Assembly: GCA_012799455.1 (NCBI GenBank)
Contig: JAAZLE010000008.1
Coordinates: forward strand, 1-58,301
DNA length: 58,301 nucleotides
Origin: Clostridiales bacterium
GTDB taxonomy: Bacteria; Bacillota; Clostridia; Christensenellales; DTU072
Direction: 5' to 3'
The notes under the pieces were generated by a model that saw only the letters and a program-made list of their open reading frames with translations, was not told the origin of the DNA and did not search any database. A program made the translations under genes and the position numbers. Below, in pieces: positions 38,042-50,215 of this stretch. Each line of letters begins with the position of its first letter. Within the stretch, counting starts at the first letter, position 1.

Positions 38042-39298
38042 ATGATAGATTTAATTCCAATAAAAGTTAATGATCCAGAACTATATGAATCAATGGTCAA
38101 AGAATTAGCCCGTCAACAAGGAAATATTGAGTTGATTGCGAGTGAAAATTTTGTTTCGCTCCCAGTTTTGACTGCTGCTGGATCTCACTTAACTAACAAG
38201 TATGCAGAAGGGTATCCCGATAGAAGATATTATGGAGGATGTGAGTTTGTTGATGAAATTGAGTCGTTAGCCATAGAACGAGCTAAAAAACTATTTTCAG
38301 CAAATTATGCAAACGTGCAGCCACACTCTGGTAGTAATGCCAATTTTCAAGCATTTTTTGCATTACTAAAGCCCGGGGATAAAGTGCTCGGAATGAATTT
38401 AAACCATGGTGGGCATCTCACACATGGCAGTTCTGTTAATTTTAGCGGGAAATATTTTGATATTTCTTCTTATGGAGTAAATCAGAATGGATATATAGAT
38501 TATGATGAGGTAAGAGAGATCGCTTTAAAAATTAAACCTAAGATGATTATAGCAGGTGCAAGTGCATACCCTAGAGAGATCGATTTTAGAAAATTTAGAG
38601 AAATAGCAGATGAGGTAAACGCATACTTAATGGTTGACATGGCTCATATTGCTGGGCTCGTTGCCACTGGACTACATCCAAGTCCAGTACTCTATGCTGA
38701 TGTTGTTACTACAACAACGCATAAAACTTTAAGAGGACCGAGAGGCGGGATGATTCTAACAAATAATGAAAAGATTGCTAAACTGATTGATAAAGCAGTT
38801 TTCCCAGGTACACAAGGAGGGCCGTTAGTACATATTATTGCTGCTAAGGCGGTTGCTCTAAAAGAAGCAGGGACTCCGATGTTCGTTGAATATCAGAAAA
38901 AAGTTATAGCCAATGCCAAAAAATTGGCTGATTGTTTAACCGCTGGAGGTGTAGAATTATTTTCTGGCGGTACTGACAATCATTTAATATTAATAGATTT
39001 GAGGAAAACGGGTCTAACAGGTTATGAGTTAGAAGTTTTATTAGACGCGGTTAATATTACTACTAATAAAAATTCTATACCACATGATGAGACTGCAAGT
39101 GCCTTTAATCCCAATGGATTAAGAGTAGGAACTCCTAGTGTTACAACTAGGGGGATGGGATTGCCGGAAATGGAAATTATTGCTAACTGCATCATCGATA
39201 CGATAAAAAATAAAGGGAATAACGCGGCGTTGATAAAGAATGAAGTTAAAATACTTGCAGAAAAATTCCCACTATATCAAACAGATTTTATATTATAA
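38042..39298 (+). CDS. glyA: Serine hydroxymethyltransferase
   Basis: [39 protein letters not shown] site [20 protein letters not shown]. Confidence 0.97.
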   Translation: MIDLIPIKVNDPELYESMVKELARQQGNIELIASENFVSLPVLTAAGSHLTNKYAEGYPDRRYYGGCEFVDEIESLAIERAKKLFSANYANVQPHSGSNANFQAFFALLKPGDKVLGMNLNHGGHLTHGSSVNFSGKYFDISSYGVNQNGYIDYDEVREIALKIKPKMIIAGASAYPREIDFRKFREIADEVNAYLMVDMAHIAGLVATGLHPSPVLYADVVTTTTHKTLRGPRGGMILTNNEKIAKLIDKAVFPGTQGGPLVHIIAAKAVALKEAGTPMFVEYQKKVIANAKKLADCLTAGGVELFSGGTDNHLILIDLRKTGLTGYELEVLLDAVNITTNKNSIPHDETASAFNPNGLRVGTPSVTTRGMGLPEMEIIANCIIDTIKNKGNNAALIKNEVKILAEKFPLYQTDFIL

Positions 39299-39338
39299 AG
39301 TATAGTATCCGATGTGAGATAGAAATGGAGGTTTATAT

Positions 39339-40523
39339 ATGGAATTAATATATTTAGACAATGCTGCTACAACGCCATTGAGTTCCAAAGCGCTAGCAGA
39401 TATGACACCATACTTCATTAGTGAATTTGGTAATGCATCGTCGCTACATGAAAAAGGAAGAATGGCCAAGCGGGCAGTGGAAGCATCTAGAGAGATTATA
39501 GCAAATTCTATACGCGCGAGAAGTAATGAAATATATTTTACATCGGGTGGTACTGAAAGTGATAATTGGGCTATTAGAGGAGTTATAAAAGCATCGAAGA
39601 ACAATGTTAAACATATTATAACTAGTGCAATAGAACATCCTGCAGTTTTAAACACTTGTAAAGAATTGGAAAAAGAAGGAGTTTTAGTGACATATGTTTA
39701 TCCTGATAAAAACGGACTAATATCGGTTGAAGACATAAAAGGTGCTGTTAATTCCAATACGATACTAATATCAATAATGTTTGCAAATAATGAAATAGGT
39801 ACAATACAACCTATTGCTGAGATTGGGAGTTTTTGCAGAGAAGAAGGCATTCTTTTTCACACGGATGCGGTGCAAGCAATGGGAACCTTAGATATTGATG
39901 TTAACAAAATGTGTATTGATTTACTTTCAATGTCAGCACACAAGTTTAATGGACCCAAAGGTATAGGAGTTTTATATATTAAAACAGGAGTAAAAATAGA
40001 TAAGTTTATTGTCGGGGGAGAACAGGAAAGAGGTAAGAGAGCAGGGACTTTGGCTACACCATTAATTATTGGTATGGCCAGTGCGCTTGAAGAAACGTTG
40101 AGCAATAGAGAATCTAAAAATGCAAACATGATACTGTTGAGGGATTCTTTTATAAGTGATGTGCAACATAATATTCCTTATGTGCATTTGAATGGAGATA
40201 AAGTCAAAAGACTTCCGAATAATATAAACTTTAGTTTCGAATTTATCGAAGGAGAAAGCTTGCTTTTAAAATTAGATTTAGATGGTGTTGCTGTAAGTAG
40301 TGGCTCCGCATGCGCTTCAGGCTCTTTGCAGTCATCACATGTCATTAAAGCAATTGGAGTAAGTGATGAGTTAGCACATAGCACAATTAGATTTAGTTTA
40401 GGTAATAACACAACACGAGAGCAAATGAATCGCGCGCTAAAAATTTTAATAAAAAATGTAGAGACATTAAGAGAAATGTCACCGTTATATGATTCAAAAA
40501 AGAAAGAGGGGAAGTATGTATAA
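39339..40523 (+). CDS. iscS: Cysteine desulfurase (IscS/NifS, group I)
   Basis: YLDNAATT, FTSGGTES, NNEIG, HTDAVQ, SAHKFNGPKG, SSGSACASG, IRFSLG. Confidence 0.93.
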   Translation: MELIYLDNAATTPLSSKALADMTPYFISEFGNASSLHEKGRMAKRAVEASREIIANSIRARSNEIYFTSGGTESDNWAIRGVIKASKNNVKHIITSAIEHPAVLNTCKELEKEGVLVTYVYPDKNGLISVEDIKGAVNSNTILISIMFANNEIGTIQPIAEIGSFCREEGILFHTDAVQAMGTLDIDVNKMCIDLLSMSAHKFNGPKGIGVLYIKTGVKIDKFIVGGEQERGKRAGTLATPLIIGMASALEETLSNRESKNANMILLRDSFISDVQHNIPYVHLNGDKVKRLPNNINFSFEFIEGESLLLKLDLDGVAVSSGSACASGSLQSSHVIKAIGVSDELAHSTIRFSLGNNTTREQMNRALKILIKNVETLREMSPLYDSKKKEGKYV

Positions 40524-40887
40524 TGAAAAGGTTATAGAAGTATTCAAGAATCCCAAAAATATGGGTGACCTTGAAGGAGCAAACGCAATAGGAACTGTAG
40601 GTAATGTTACGTGTGGAGACATAATGCAAATGTCCCTAATTATTGAAGAAGACATAATAAAAGATGCAAAATTTAAAACATTTGGTTGTGTAGCAGCAAT
40701 TGCCGCAAGTTCGATGGCGACAGAGATGATTATCGGCAAGTCTATCAATGAAGCAATGCAGATCAAAAATTCTGATGTGGTAGATGCGCTTGGAGGCTTG
40801 CCCCCACAAAAAATACATTGTTCTGTATTGGCAGAGGAATCAATTCATGAAGCGATAAAAAATTATAAAGAAAAACATATTAAATAA
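40516..40887 (+). CDS. iscU: Fe-S scaffold IscU/NifU N-terminal type
   Basis: MYNEKV...[25 protein letters not shown]; start ATG 40516 overlaps the iscS end. Confidence 0.92.
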   Translation: MYNEKVIEVFKNPKNMGDLEGANAIGTVGNVTCGDIMQMSLIIEEDIIKDAKFKTFGCVAAIAASSMATEMIIGKSINEAMQIKNSDVVDALGGLPPQKIHCSVLAEESIHEAIKNYKEKHIK

Positions 40888-40892
40888 ATGTA

Positions 40893-42695
40893 ATGGACAG
40901 ACGAAAAAATATTAGAAATTTTTGTATAATCGCCCATGTAGATCATGGAAAAAGCACTCTTGCAGATCGTTTATTGGAGTTCACAAATACTGTTCAAAAT
41001 AGAGACATGAAAGAACAGTTGCTCGATAATATGGACATTGAAAGAGAACGAGGAATAACAGTTAAGTTAACACCTGCACGTTTGCACTATAAGCATAACG
41101 GTGAAGAGTATATTTTAAACCTTATTGATACGCCAGGGCACGTTGATTTTACTTATGAGGTTAGTAGGTCATTAGCTGCCTGTGAAGGTGCATTGCTGGT
41201 TGTAGATGCCGCACAAGGGGTTGAAGCTCAAACGCTTACAAATGTTTATTTAGCTTTAGATAATGATTTGGAAATAATACCAGTAATTAACAAAATAGAT
41301 TTGGGTGCAGCTAACATTAGTGCAGTAAAAAATGAGATAGAAGATATAATTGGCCTAGATGCTTCAGATGCTATACTTGTGAGTGCCAAAGAAGGTATTA
41401 ATATTGATGTTTTATTAGAAGCAATAATTGAAAGATTACCAGAGCCGAAAGGAGATACTAAAGCCCCGTTAAAAGCTTTAATATTTGATAGTATTTATGA
41501 TAATTTTAAAGGAGTTATTTGTAATATTAGGGTCTTTGATGGATTTATAAAGCCAGGAATGGAAATTAAAATGATGTCAAATGGAAAGGCTTTTGAATGT
41601 ACGGAAGTTGGTATATTTGATCCTAATATGAGACCCGTTTCAATGCTAGAAGCTGGCGATGTAGGATATTTGGCTGCAAGTATAAAAAATGTGCAAGATA
41701 CTGCAGTAGGAGATACCATAACAACGGTGTGCAATCCTGCAGAATCGCCACTTAAAGGTTATAAGGAAATTACTCCGATGGTTTATGCTGGTGTTTATCC
41801 TGCGGACGGTAGTAGATATGATGACTTAAGAGAAGCAATAAAAAAGCTCAAATTAAATGATGCAGCATTAGCATATGAGCCTGAAAGTTCAAGTGCATTG
41901 GGATTTGGGTTTAGGATGGGTTTTTTAGGCTTGTTACATATGGAAATAATAGAAGAAAGGCTTGAAAGGGAGTTTGATTTAGATCTTGTTACTACCGCTC
42001 CTAGTGTTATATACAAGGTGATCAAAACGGACGGTTCAGAACTTATCGTTGACAGTCCAACCAAGTTGCCCGAGCCATCTCAAATTGATTCGATTTTAGA
42101 ACCTATTGTTGATGCTTCAATATATTCTCCTCCGACATATGTTGGGCCAGTAATGGAATTATGCCAAGACAAAAGAGGTGCTTTTGTAAATATGACATAT
42201 CTAGATATGTCGCGCGTTAAACTTGATTATAAAATCCCATTATCTGAAATTATTTATGATTTTTTCGATAGTCTTAAGTCTAGAACAAGAGGATATGCCA
42301 GTTTAGATTATGTCTTCTCTGAATATAAGGAAGATAATTTAGTAAAAGTAGATTTTCTATTAAATGGTGACGTATGCGATGCGCTATCTTTGATAGTCCA
42401 TAGAGATAAAGCTTATACAAGAGCTAGAAAAATTACAGAAAAGTTAAAGGAAGCAATCCCTCGACAAATGTTTGAAATTCCTGTTCAAGCAGCAATAGGG
42501 TCTAAAATAATTGCCCGCGAAACTGTTAGGGCCATGCGCAAAGATGTTTTAGCGAAATGTTATGGCGGAGATATAAGTAGAAAGAAAAAACTACTAGAGA
42601 AGCAAAAAGCAGGAAAAAAACGAATGCGACAGTTTGGTTCCGTTTCGATACCATCTGAGGCGTTCATGTCTATTTTAAAAATTAATGATGATTGA
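40893..42695 (+). CDS. lepA: Elongation factor 4
   Basis: [50 protein letters not shown]. Confidence 0.97.
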   Translation: MDRRKNIRNFCIIAHVDHGKSTLADRLLEFTNTVQNRDMKEQLLDNMDIERERGITVKLTPARLHYKHNGEEYILNLIDTPGHVDFTYEVSRSLAACEGALLVVDAAQGVEAQTLTNVYLALDNDLEIIPVINKIDLGAANISAVKNEIEDIIGLDASDAILVSAKEGINIDVLLEAIIERLPEPKGDTKAPLKALIFDSIYDNFKGVICNIRVFDGFIKPGMEIKMMSNGKAFECTEVGIFDPNMRPVSMLEAGDVGYLAASIKNVQDTAVGDTITTVCNPAESPLKGYKEITPMVYAGVYPADGSRYDDLREAIKKLKLNDAALAYEPESSSALGFGFRMGFLGLLHMEIIEERLEREFDLDLVTTAPSVIYKVIKTDGSELIVDSPTKLPEPSQIDSILEPIVDASIYSPPTYVGPVMELCQDKRGAFVNMTYLDMSRVKLDYKIPLSEIIYDFFDSLKSRTRGYASLDYVFSEYKEDNLVKVDFLLNGDVCDALSLIVHRDKAYTRARKITEKLKEAIPRQMFEIPVQAAIGSKIIARETVRAMRKDVLAKCYGGDISRKKKLLEKQKAGKKRMRQFGSVSIPSEAFMSILKINDD

Positions 42696-43794
42696 TAGGT
42701 CCATTTATATACATGTTCCATTTTGTAAAAAAAAATGTCACTATTGTGATTTTTTTTCTATAACTACATTAGATGACACGACTATATTACATTATGTAGA
42801 AAAGTGCAAAAAAGAAATTATTCAATTTGCAAAAAAGTACCCAGATACCCTAATTAAAACCATATACTTTGGCGGAGGTACTCCGTCACTTTTGAGTTCT
42901 AAATATATTGGTGAGATTCTAAATATAATAAAAGCTGAATTTCATACTTCATCTGAGGAGACAACAATTGAGGTAAACCCAGCAACATCAATCGATTGGG
43001 AAAAATATGCTCAAATGGGCTTTAACAGGATTAGTATTGGTGTACAGTCATTAGATGATAACGTTTTGAAAAAACTCGGACGTCTGCACAATTCCGAAGT
43101 AGCACTCAATGCCGTTAAAGAGGCTGGGAATTATTTTGATAATATATCATGCGATTTAATTATAGGCACTCCTTTTGATCCAAGTATAACTGTTTTAGGA
43201 AACCATATCGATTTGCTCGCTAGATATGTAAAACATTTTTCGATTTATATTTTAACTGTAGCCGAGGATACAAAAATGTTTGACTATATTCTATTGAATA
43301 AATATACTATGCTTGAAGATAATCTTATTTCTGATGTGTATTACTCGATATCATCAAAATTAAAAAGCCTAGAATTTAACAAATATGAAGTGTCTAATTT
43401 TGCTAAAGCGGGTTGTCAGTCTAAACATAATCTAGGTTATTGGAATAAGCGTGATTATTTTGGTGTAGGACCAAGTGCAAGTAGTTACGTTAATGGTGTC
43501 CGTTTTTTGGTTAGCCCAACTGGATATTTCAATGTTACGGAAACTTCTTATAAAGTAGAGTCTGTTTTAACACAGGCTGATGATATGTTCGAACATATTA
43601 TGCTTGGTTTTCGATTAACGGAAGGATTTAGTATTGGTGATTTCAATAAAAAATTTAATGTTGACTTTAGAAAAACATATGAGAAGGCAATTACTAAGAA
43701 TAGTGAGTTTTTATCAATTTTCAACGATAGAATTTTTATTAAAGATAAATATATTCTCATAATGAATTCCATAATTTTGGATTTTATGTCGTGA
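42685..43794 (+). CDS. hemW: Radical-SAM heme chaperone HemW (HemN-like)
   Basis: [40 protein letters not shown]; lepA-hemW-hrcA synteny. Confidence 0.85.
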   Translation: MMIDRSIYIHVPFCKKKCHYCDFFSITTLDDTTILHYVEKCKKEIIQFAKKYPDTLIKTIYFGGGTPSLLSSKYIGEILNIIKAEFHTSSEETTIEVNPATSIDWEKYAQMGFNRISIGVQSLDDNVLKKLGRLHNSEVALNAVKEAGNYFDNISCDLIIGTPFDPSITVLGNHIDLLARYVKHFSIYILTVAEDTKMFDYILLNKYTMLEDNLISDVYYSISSKLKSLEFNKYEVSNFAKAGCQSKHNLGYWNKRDYFGVGPSASSYVNGVRFLVSPTGYFNVTETSYKVESVLTQADDMFEHIMLGFRLTEGFSIGDFNKKFNVDFRKTYEKAITKNSEFLSIFNDRIFIKDKYILIMNSIILDFMS

Positions 43795-43832
43795 AAATAT
43801 TTATTGTATTCTTGTGATTTATGAAATTTCTC

Positions 43833-43861
43833 TTGACAGCAATTTTTTCTAAACATATAAT
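43833..43861 (+). promoter_or_regulatory. Sigma-A promoter of the hrcA-dnaK operon
   Basis: TTGACA-17 nt-TATAAT; perfect consensus. Confidence 0.88.
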
Positions 43862-43865
43862 ATAA

Positions 43866-43892
43866 CTAGCACTCATATCGCATGACTGCTAA
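43866..43892. promoter_or_regulatory. CIRCE element (HrcA operator)
   Basis: CTAGCACTC-N9-GACTGCTAA versus consensus TTAGCACTC-N9-GAGTGCTAA (2 mismatches); overlaps the predicted transcription start. Confidence 0.9.
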
Positions 43893-43918
43893 CAATCTTA
43901 TTAGAGGTTTGCTAAAAA

Positions 43919-44962
43919 ATGACCCAAAAATTATCAGACAGAAAACGAAAGATACTTAAAGCAGTGGTAGATGAATATATTCTCTCACCAATTCCAGTAA
44001 GTTCTTCTGAAATTAAAAATAAATATTTTGCTGATATTAGTTCTGCAACTATCAGGGTTGAGTTGGCAACATTGGAAGACATGGGTTATCTTATTCAACC
44101 GCACACATCAGCAGGTAGAATTCCTTCATCGAGGGCGTATAGGTTTTATGTTAAGAACTTTATTGGTAAAAAATCACTCCGCAAAAATGAAATGTTGATT
44201 ATTGACGAATCTTTCCAAAAAAAATATACAGATATTGAAGATATTGTTAGAGCGTCAGTTAAGGTTATAAGCGACATTACTAATTATACATCAGTCATTG
44301 TCATTGATAATATTAATGATGTTTTAATTAAGGAAATTAAACTAGTTGGACTTGAGGCTCACACGGCACTACTTATTATAATCACGGACAGTGGCATTAT
44401 TAAAGACCATGTAATACAATTAAATAACATTATCAGTCCTAATTTTTTATCTGATGCAAATATTTTACTTAATAGAGTTTTTGCTGGATCTATTCTTGGT
44501 GATCTATCAATTAATACAATCATTATTGAAAATGAGTTAAATGAGTTTAAAGAACTTTTAGGCTATGTAGTTGAAATAATCAAGTCTTATTCTTTTGGAA
44601 ATGAAAATAGTGTTTTTATCGAGGGGCAAAAAAAGATGCTAGATTATCCTGATGCGACACTTGAACAAGCGAAAAGAGCATTGAATGTTTTAGAGAATAA
44701 GGAATTATTAGCTGATATTTTTTCAGGACAAGCTGACGACTTAGAGTTTTCAATACGTGTTGGCAAGCATGAAACTTGTGGTTTAGAAAAATGCGCGATA
44801 ATGACAGCTAGGTACAGAGTAAATGGAAAAGAAGTAGGTACTGCAGGAGTTATTGGTCCCGAAAGGATGGACTATAGCAAAGTTATGAGCGTTTTATCTT
44901 ATGTCGGTAAAGCAGTAGGTACCTTTATTAAGAATGAGTTTTCTGATGAAGAGGAGAGATAA
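43919..44962 (+). CDS. hrcA: Heat-inducible transcription repressor
   Basis: ILKAVVDEY, SSATIR, QPHTSAGRIPS, GVIGPERMDY. Confidence 0.95.
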   Translation: MTQKLSDRKRKILKAVVDEYILSPIPVSSSEIKNKYFADISSATIRVELATLEDMGYLIQPHTSAGRIPSSRAYRFYVKNFIGKKSLRKNEMLIIDESFQKKYTDIEDIVRASVKVISDITNYTSVIVIDNINDVLIKEIKLVGLEAHTALLIIITDSGIIKDHVIQLNNIISPNFLSDANILLNRVFAGSILGDLSINTIIIENELNEFKELLGYVVEIIKSYSFGNENSVFIEGQKKMLDYPDATLEQAKRALNVLENKELLADIFSGQADDLEFSIRVGKHETCGLEKCAIMTARYRVNGKEVGTAGVIGPERMDYSKVMSVLSYVGKAVGTFIKNEFSDEEER

Positions 44963-45537
44963 TGGAAAAAAACGATAAAAAAAATATCAAAAATTCAAAT
45001 AAACATAAAGACGTTTCAGAGGCTAGTGAACTACTTAATCAAGAAACAAAACTAGATAACTCAAACATAGAAACAGATGATAGCAAAGTCGATGCTGATA
45101 ATAAAAACCTTGTAGAGAAGCTACAAAATGAAATCGAAGATTACATATGCGTAGCTAAAAGGATTAAAGCTGAATTTGATAACTACAGAAAAAGAAATGA
45201 AAATATTATCGAAAAGACGAAAGAAGATGCAATTGATAAAGTTATTTTAGATTTTATTGAAATAAACGATTCTATTGACGCAGCTTTATCAATGATAAAA
45301 GATGAAACATCACAAAAAGGAGTTGAACTGATTAAAAAACAGTTCACGACAATTCTCGACAAGTATGAAGTGGAGGAAATAAATCCAATTAATAAACCTT
45401 TTAACCCTGAGTTGCACGATGCAATAATGCAAGAAGAAAATGAAAATCAATCGGGTTATGTAACACAAGTGTTTAAAAAAGGCTATCTAAAGAATAAAAA
45501 AGTAATAAGATATGCGATAGTAAAAGTCGCTATATAA
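44962..45537 (+). CDS. grpE: Nucleotide exchange factor GrpE
   Basis: KAEFDNYRKR, FNPELHDAI, VFKKGY...VIRYAIVKV. Confidence 0.94.
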   Translation: MEKNDKKNIKNSNKHKDVSEASELLNQETKLDNSNIETDDSKVDADNKNLVEKLQNEIEDYICVAKRIKAEFDNYRKRNENIIEKTKEDAIDKVILDFIEINDSIDAALSMIKDETSQKGVELIKKQFTTILDKYEVEEINPINKPFNPELHDAIMQEENENQSGYVTQVFKKGYLKNKKVIRYAIVKVAI

Positions 45538-45577
45538 TAAATAAAGACTAAAATAAATTAATAAGGAGAATATAATT

Positions 45578-47398
45578 ATGTCAAAAATAATAGGAATTGA
45601 TCTTGGTACAACAAACTCGGCAGTTGCAGTGATGGAAGGAGGAGAACCAACCATAATTGTAAATGCAGAAGGAAACAGAACAACTCCATCAGTTGTAGGG
45701 TTTTCAAAGGATGGTGAAAGGCTCGTAGGACAAGTTGCAAAAAGACAAGCAATAGTTAATCCGGATAGAACAATTAGCTCAGTTAAGAGAGAAATGGGTA
45801 CAAACTACAGCAAAACTATCGATGGTAAGAAATATACTGCGCCGGAGATATCAGCAATGATTCTCTCTAAACTTAAAACAGATGCAGAGGCGTATTTAGG
45901 GCAGAAGATAACTAAAGCAGTCATTACTGTTCCGGCATATTTTTCAGACGCCCAGCGTCAAGCGACAAAGGATGCGGGACAAATAGCGGGTTTAGAAGTT
46001 TTAAGAATTATTAATGAACCTACTGCTGCTGCATTTGCGTACGGATTAGAAAAACAATCCCAAAAAATATTAGTATATGATTTAGGAGGTGGAACTTTTG
46101 ACGTATCCATCCTTGACATAGGAGATGGCGTTGTAGAGGTTTTAGCTACTAACGGCAATACTAAATTAGGGGGAGATGATTTCGACAACAGAATTGTTAA
46201 TTGGATAGCTACAGAGTTTAAAAAATCACACGGTATAGATCTGCTCAAAGACAAGATAGCAATACAAAGAGTAAAAGACGCTGCTGAAAAAGCAAAAATT
46301 GAACTTTCTGGAATTAATAAGGTTAATATCAACTTGCCTTTTATTACCAGTAATGAAAACGGACCTCAGCATATAGATATGGATTTAACACGCGCAAAGT
46401 TTGACGATTTAACAGCAGATTTAGTAAAAGCAACGATAACACCTTTATTGCAAGCAATTAAAGATTCAAAACTATCAGTTAAAGAGATAGATAAAGTTGT
46501 ATTAGTAGGTGGTTCAACTCGTATCCCAGCTGTCGTAGATGCTGTGAAAAATGTTATGGGTAAAGAGCCATATAAAGGGATAAACCCAGATGAATGCGTA
46601 GCTCTAGGCGCGGCTATACAAGGAGGAGTTTTGGCTGGTGATGTAAAAGATATATTGTTACTAGATGTAACTCCTTTATCACTGGGAATAGAAACTCTCG
46701 GTGGTGTATTTACGAAATTAATTGAAAGAAACACAACAATACCAACGAAAAAGTCACAAATATTCTCGACGGCTTCAGATAATCAAACATCAGTCGATGT
46801 TCATGTACTACAAGGCGAAAGAGCTATGGCTGCTGATAATAAAACAATAGGACGCTTTGAATTGTCTGGAATTCCTCCAGCAATGAAAGGAATACCACAA
46901 ATTGAAGTTACGTTTGAAATAGATCAAAATGGTATAGTTTCTGTTACTGCTTTAGATAAGGGGACAAATAAGTCGGCGAATGTAACCATTACTGCCTCTT
47001 CTAATCTGTCAAAGGATGATATTGATAATGCTGTTAAGGAAGCTGAACAATATGCTGAAGAAGATAAAAAGCGTAAAGAACTTATAGAAATGAAGAACAC
47101 AGCTGAACAGTTAATCTTTGCTGTTGAAAAAACAATATCAGAAAGTGGAGATAAACTATCGGAAGAAGATAAAAATACTTTAAAGACAGCTGCACAAAAT
47201 GCAAAGACTGAATTGGAAGGCGCAGATACAATTGAAAAGGTTAAAACCATAACGGAAGATCTATCCAAAATTACCAATCCTATATTTACTAAATTGTATC
47301 AAGCAACCCAACAATCACAAGAAGGAGATGCATCATCTGTGGTAGATAATGATGGAGACACTCCTACAATCAATGTAGACCCAGAAGATATTAGTTAA
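45578..47398 (+). CDS. dnaK: Chaperone DnaK
   Basis: [53 protein letters not shown]. Confidence 0.98.
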   Translation: MSKIIGIDLGTTNSAVAVMEGGEPTIIVNAEGNRTTPSVVGFSKDGERLVGQVAKRQAIVNPDRTISSVKREMGTNYSKTIDGKKYTAPEISAMILSKLKTDAEAYLGQKITKAVITVPAYFSDAQRQATKDAGQIAGLEVLRIINEPTAAAFAYGLEKQSQKILVYDLGGGTFDVSILDIGDGVVEVLATNGNTKLGGDDFDNRIVNWIATEFKKSHGIDLLKDKIAIQRVKDAAEKAKIELSGINKVNINLPFITSNENGPQHIDMDLTRAKFDDLTADLVKATITPLLQAIKDSKLSVKEIDKVVLVGGSTRIPAVVDAVKNVMGKEPYKGINPDECVALGAAIQGGVLAGDVKDILLLDVTPLSLGIETLGGVFTKLIERNTTIPTKKSQIFSTASDNQTSVDVHVLQGERAMAADNKTIGRFELSGIPPAMKGIPQIEVTFEIDQNGIVSVTALDKGTNKSANVTITASSNLSKDDIDNAVKEAEQYAEEDKKRKELIEMKNTAEQLIFAVEKTISESGDKLSEEDKNTLKTAAQNAKTELEGADTIEKVKTITEDLSKITNPIFTKLYQATQQSQEGDASSVVDNDGDTPTINVDPEDIS

Positions 47399-47399
47399 A

Positions 47400-48545
47400 A
47401 TGGCAAAGAATTATTATGAAGTATTAGGCATAAAAAAAGATGCGAGCGCGGACGAAATCAAGTCCGCGTATCGTCGTTTAGCAAAGAAATGGCACCCAGA
47501 CGTATATGCCACGGATACAGAGGCAAAACGAAACGAGGCAAAGGATAAGTTCACGGAAATCCAACATGCCTATGAGGTGCTTTCAGATCCGCAAAAAAAA
47601 GCAGCCTTTGATCAATATGGGAGTGAAGAAGGACCTCAATTTTCTCCTGGAGGAGCAGGTGGTTTCCATTCTGGGATGGGCGGGTTTGAAGATATTTTCA
47701 GCGATTTGTTCAGTGTTTTCTCAGGGGGCGACCCCAGACGTACATCCCGTGCTAGTGCACCAAGAACAGGAGAGGATATTGAAATACAAATTACTTTAAC
47801 CTTTGAAGAGGCTTGCTTTGGGGTAAATAAAGAAATTAAATATAAGTGTGTTGAAAATTGCTCGGCTTGTAATGGTACTGGTGCTAGAAATGGCACGGCA
47901 TATAAAACGTGTACTAACTGTAATGGAGCTGGTGTTGTTAATGTAGACCAAAGAACTATGTTTGGCGTTATGAGAAGTCAACAAGTTTGTAATGTTTGTC
48001 GAGGAAGAGGGAAAATAATTACTGAAAATTGTAATGTTTGTTCAGGCGCGGGACGCGTCGAGAAACAAAAAACGGTAAATGTTAACATTCCTGCTGGTGT
48101 TGATAATAATCAAATGCTAACAATAGCAAATGAAGGTAACGCAGGTTATTTTGGTGCGCCATCAGGCAACTTAATTCTTGTTTTTAAAGTTTTAAGCCAT
48201 AAGTTTTTTGTTCGTTCAGGATACGATTTGAAGTTAGATATGCCGATTAAGGTTTCTCAAGCAATACTAGGGGATAAGGTTGAAGTCCCTGTGCTTGGTG
48301 GTGGAAAAATACTTGTAACTATACCAGAAGGGACAAGTGATGGCACTGTATTACGAATTAAGAAAAAAGGGATTAAGCATCTTAGAAGAGATACCTATGG
48401 AGACATGTATATTAAAATTATTGTTGATTTACCAACAAACCTATCTAGTAAGCAAAAGAAAGCGTATAAAGAAATGTTTGAAGAGTTAGATAAAGCTTCT
48501 TATAATAGAGTAGAGAGATATAAGCAAGTTACAAACCTAAAATAA
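47400..48545 (+). CDS. dnaJ: Chaperone DnaJ
   Basis: J-domain with HPD, G/F region, four CxxCxGxG repeats. Confidence 0.97.
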   Translation: MAKNYYEVLGIKKDASADEIKSAYRRLAKKWHPDVYATDTEAKRNEAKDKFTEIQHAYEVLSDPQKKAAFDQYGSEEGPQFSPGGAGGFHSGMGGFEDIFSDLFSVFSGGDPRRTSRASAPRTGEDIEIQITLTFEEACFGVNKEIKYKCVENCSACNGTGARNGTAYKTCTNCNGAGVVNVDQRTMFGVMRSQQVCNVCRGRGKIITENCNVCSGAGRVEKQKTVNVNIPAGVDNNQMLTIANEGNAGYFGAPSGNLILVFKVLSHKFFVRSGYDLKLDMPIKVSQAILGDKVEVPVLGGGKILVTIPEGTSDGTVLRIKKKGIKHLRRDTYGDMYIKIIVDLPTNLSSKQKKAYKEMFEELDKASYNRVERYKQVTNLK

Positions 48546-48552
48546 GGAAGAG

Positions 48553-49494
48553 ATGTTAAAAGAATTCATAATAACTACAAATATAGAAGGAGCAGATTTT
48601 GTTATTAGTTCCTTCTTTTCGTTTGGAATAGATTCGCTAAAAATAGATGATCCCAAGGCAATTCTAGATTTTGATGATATGTCTAAAAAATGGGATTATG
48701 TTGATGAATCAGTTGTTGCTAGAATGAATTCAGATGTAGTAAAAATTTCAGCATTTATCAACGAATACGACATTAATGAAATTAAAAACTTAGTTTTAAC
48801 AGATCTTAAGCAAATAAAAGGAATAGTTTTCGATTGGGAAATTAAGGATTATGAAGATATAGATTGGCTATCTGAATGGAAAAAGTACTATGTTCCCATA
48901 GAGGTGGGACGATATAAAGTTATTCCTATATGGCAAAAAGAGAATGAGAGTACTAGTGTTTTAAAAGATGGTATTAATATATATATCCAACCTGGGAACG
49001 CTTTTGGTACTGGAGAACACGAAACGACAAAATTGTGTTTAGAATTAATGTCAAATATAAATCTAGAAGACACAAATGTTATAGACGTTGGGACAGGGAG
49101 CGGGATTCTAGGTATAGCAGCATTAAAAAGTGGAGCTAGAAAAGTTGTTTTTTTAGATATTGATAGTGCATGTATTAAATCTGCAAAAAATAATCTCGTA
49201 TTAAATGATGATTTAGGTGAATATTCAGCCCATACATTTTTTTATAAATCAAATTTGCTTGAAAAGGCTCCTAAGAATAATAATATCATTTTAGCTAATA
49301 TGACTGCAGATTTATTAGTAAGTTTATCGGAGCAAATATTGGAATATGTCGCCAGCTCTAGTTTATTAATTTGTTCGGGGATAATAGAAAATAAGGAAGA
49401 GGAAGTAATTATGGCTTTTGAAAACAAGGGATTCAATCTTTTAGAGATGAAAAAAAATAATGCGTGGATAGCATTGTTACTCAAATATAGATAA
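48553..49494 (+). CDS. prmA: Ribosomal protein L11 methyltransferase
   Basis: WKKYY, PGNAFGTGEHETT, DVGTGSGIL, ANMTAD, CSGII. Confidence 0.93.
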   Translation: MLKEFIITTNIEGADFVISSFFSFGIDSLKIDDPKAILDFDDMSKKWDYVDESVVARMNSDVVKISAFINEYDINEIKNLVLTDLKQIKGIVFDWEIKDYEDIDWLSEWKKYYVPIEVGRYKVIPIWQKENESTSVLKDGINIYIQPGNAFGTGEHETTKLCLELMSNINLEDTNVIDVGTGSGILGIAALKSGARKVVFLDIDSACIKSAKNNLVLNDDLGEYSAHTFFYKSNLLEKAPKNNNIILANMTADLLVSLSEQILEYVASSSLLICSGIIENKEEEVIMAFENKGFNLLEMKKNNAWIALLLKYR

Positions 49495-49504
49495 GAGGAT
49501 TATA

Positions 49505-50209
49505 ATGGATATTAGAAGGTTTTATGGGAAAAAGAGAGATAATAATATAATTTTGGAGGGAGATGAATATCACCATTGTGCTAAGGTTTTAAGACACAAA
49601 ATAGGGTTTCACATTTGTGCATTTACAGGCGATGGTAAGGATTATTTTGCAGTTATAACTGACATAACAGGCGACTCTGTAATAGCTGATATCTATAGAG
49701 AAGAAGAGAATTTTAGAGAAGGAAAAAATAGAATTATTTTATGTCAAGCTTTATGCAAAGAATTTGATTTTATTATTCAAAAATCTGTAGAGTTAGGCGT
49801 TAATGAAATTATTCCGTTTACTTCTGCACGTACTACATTTAAAGGGCATAAAACAATGAGATCAGAAAAAATTATTTTAGATGCGGTTAAGCAGTCTGAA
49901 CGATCAATTATTCCCAAAATTCACGATACAATTAAATTTGATGACGTGCTAAAGTTATATCCAAATTTTAAAAATAGAATGCTTTGCTATGAAAAAAGTA
50001 AAGATTTAACTTTAAATAACCAAATTAGTTGGATTGATAGGGACGTCATGGTTATAATTGGCCCAGAAGGTGGATTCGCTGATGATGAAATATCTAGTGC
50101 AAAAAGAGCGGGTCTAAAAATAACATCTCTTTCAAAAAGAGTGTTAAGGTCAGAAACTGCTGCAATAGTTGCAATAATTTTAATACAAAGTAAATACGAG
50201 GATCTATGA
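49505..50209 (+). CDS. rsmE: 16S rRNA m3U1498 methyltransferase
   Basis: HHCAKVLR, IQKSVELGV, QSERS, IGPEGGF, RVLRSETA. Confidence 0.93.
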   Translation: MDIRRFYGKKRDNNIILEGDEYHHCAKVLRHKIGFHICAFTGDGKDYFAVITDITGDSVIADIYREEENFREGKNRIILCQALCKEFDFIIQKSVELGVNEIIPFTSARTTFKGHKTMRSEKIILDAVKQSERSIIPKIHDTIKFDDVLKLYPNFKNRMLCYEKSKDLTLNNQISWIDRDVMVIIGPEGGFADDEISSAKRAGLKITSLSKRVLRSETAAIVAIILIQSKYEDL

Positions 50210-50215
50210 TGTCAT

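Noticed and set aside
45958-47277. Several long minus-strand ORFs antisense to dnaK
   Set aside because: Antisense open frames opposite dnaK are a known codon-bias artefact; no SD or motif support.
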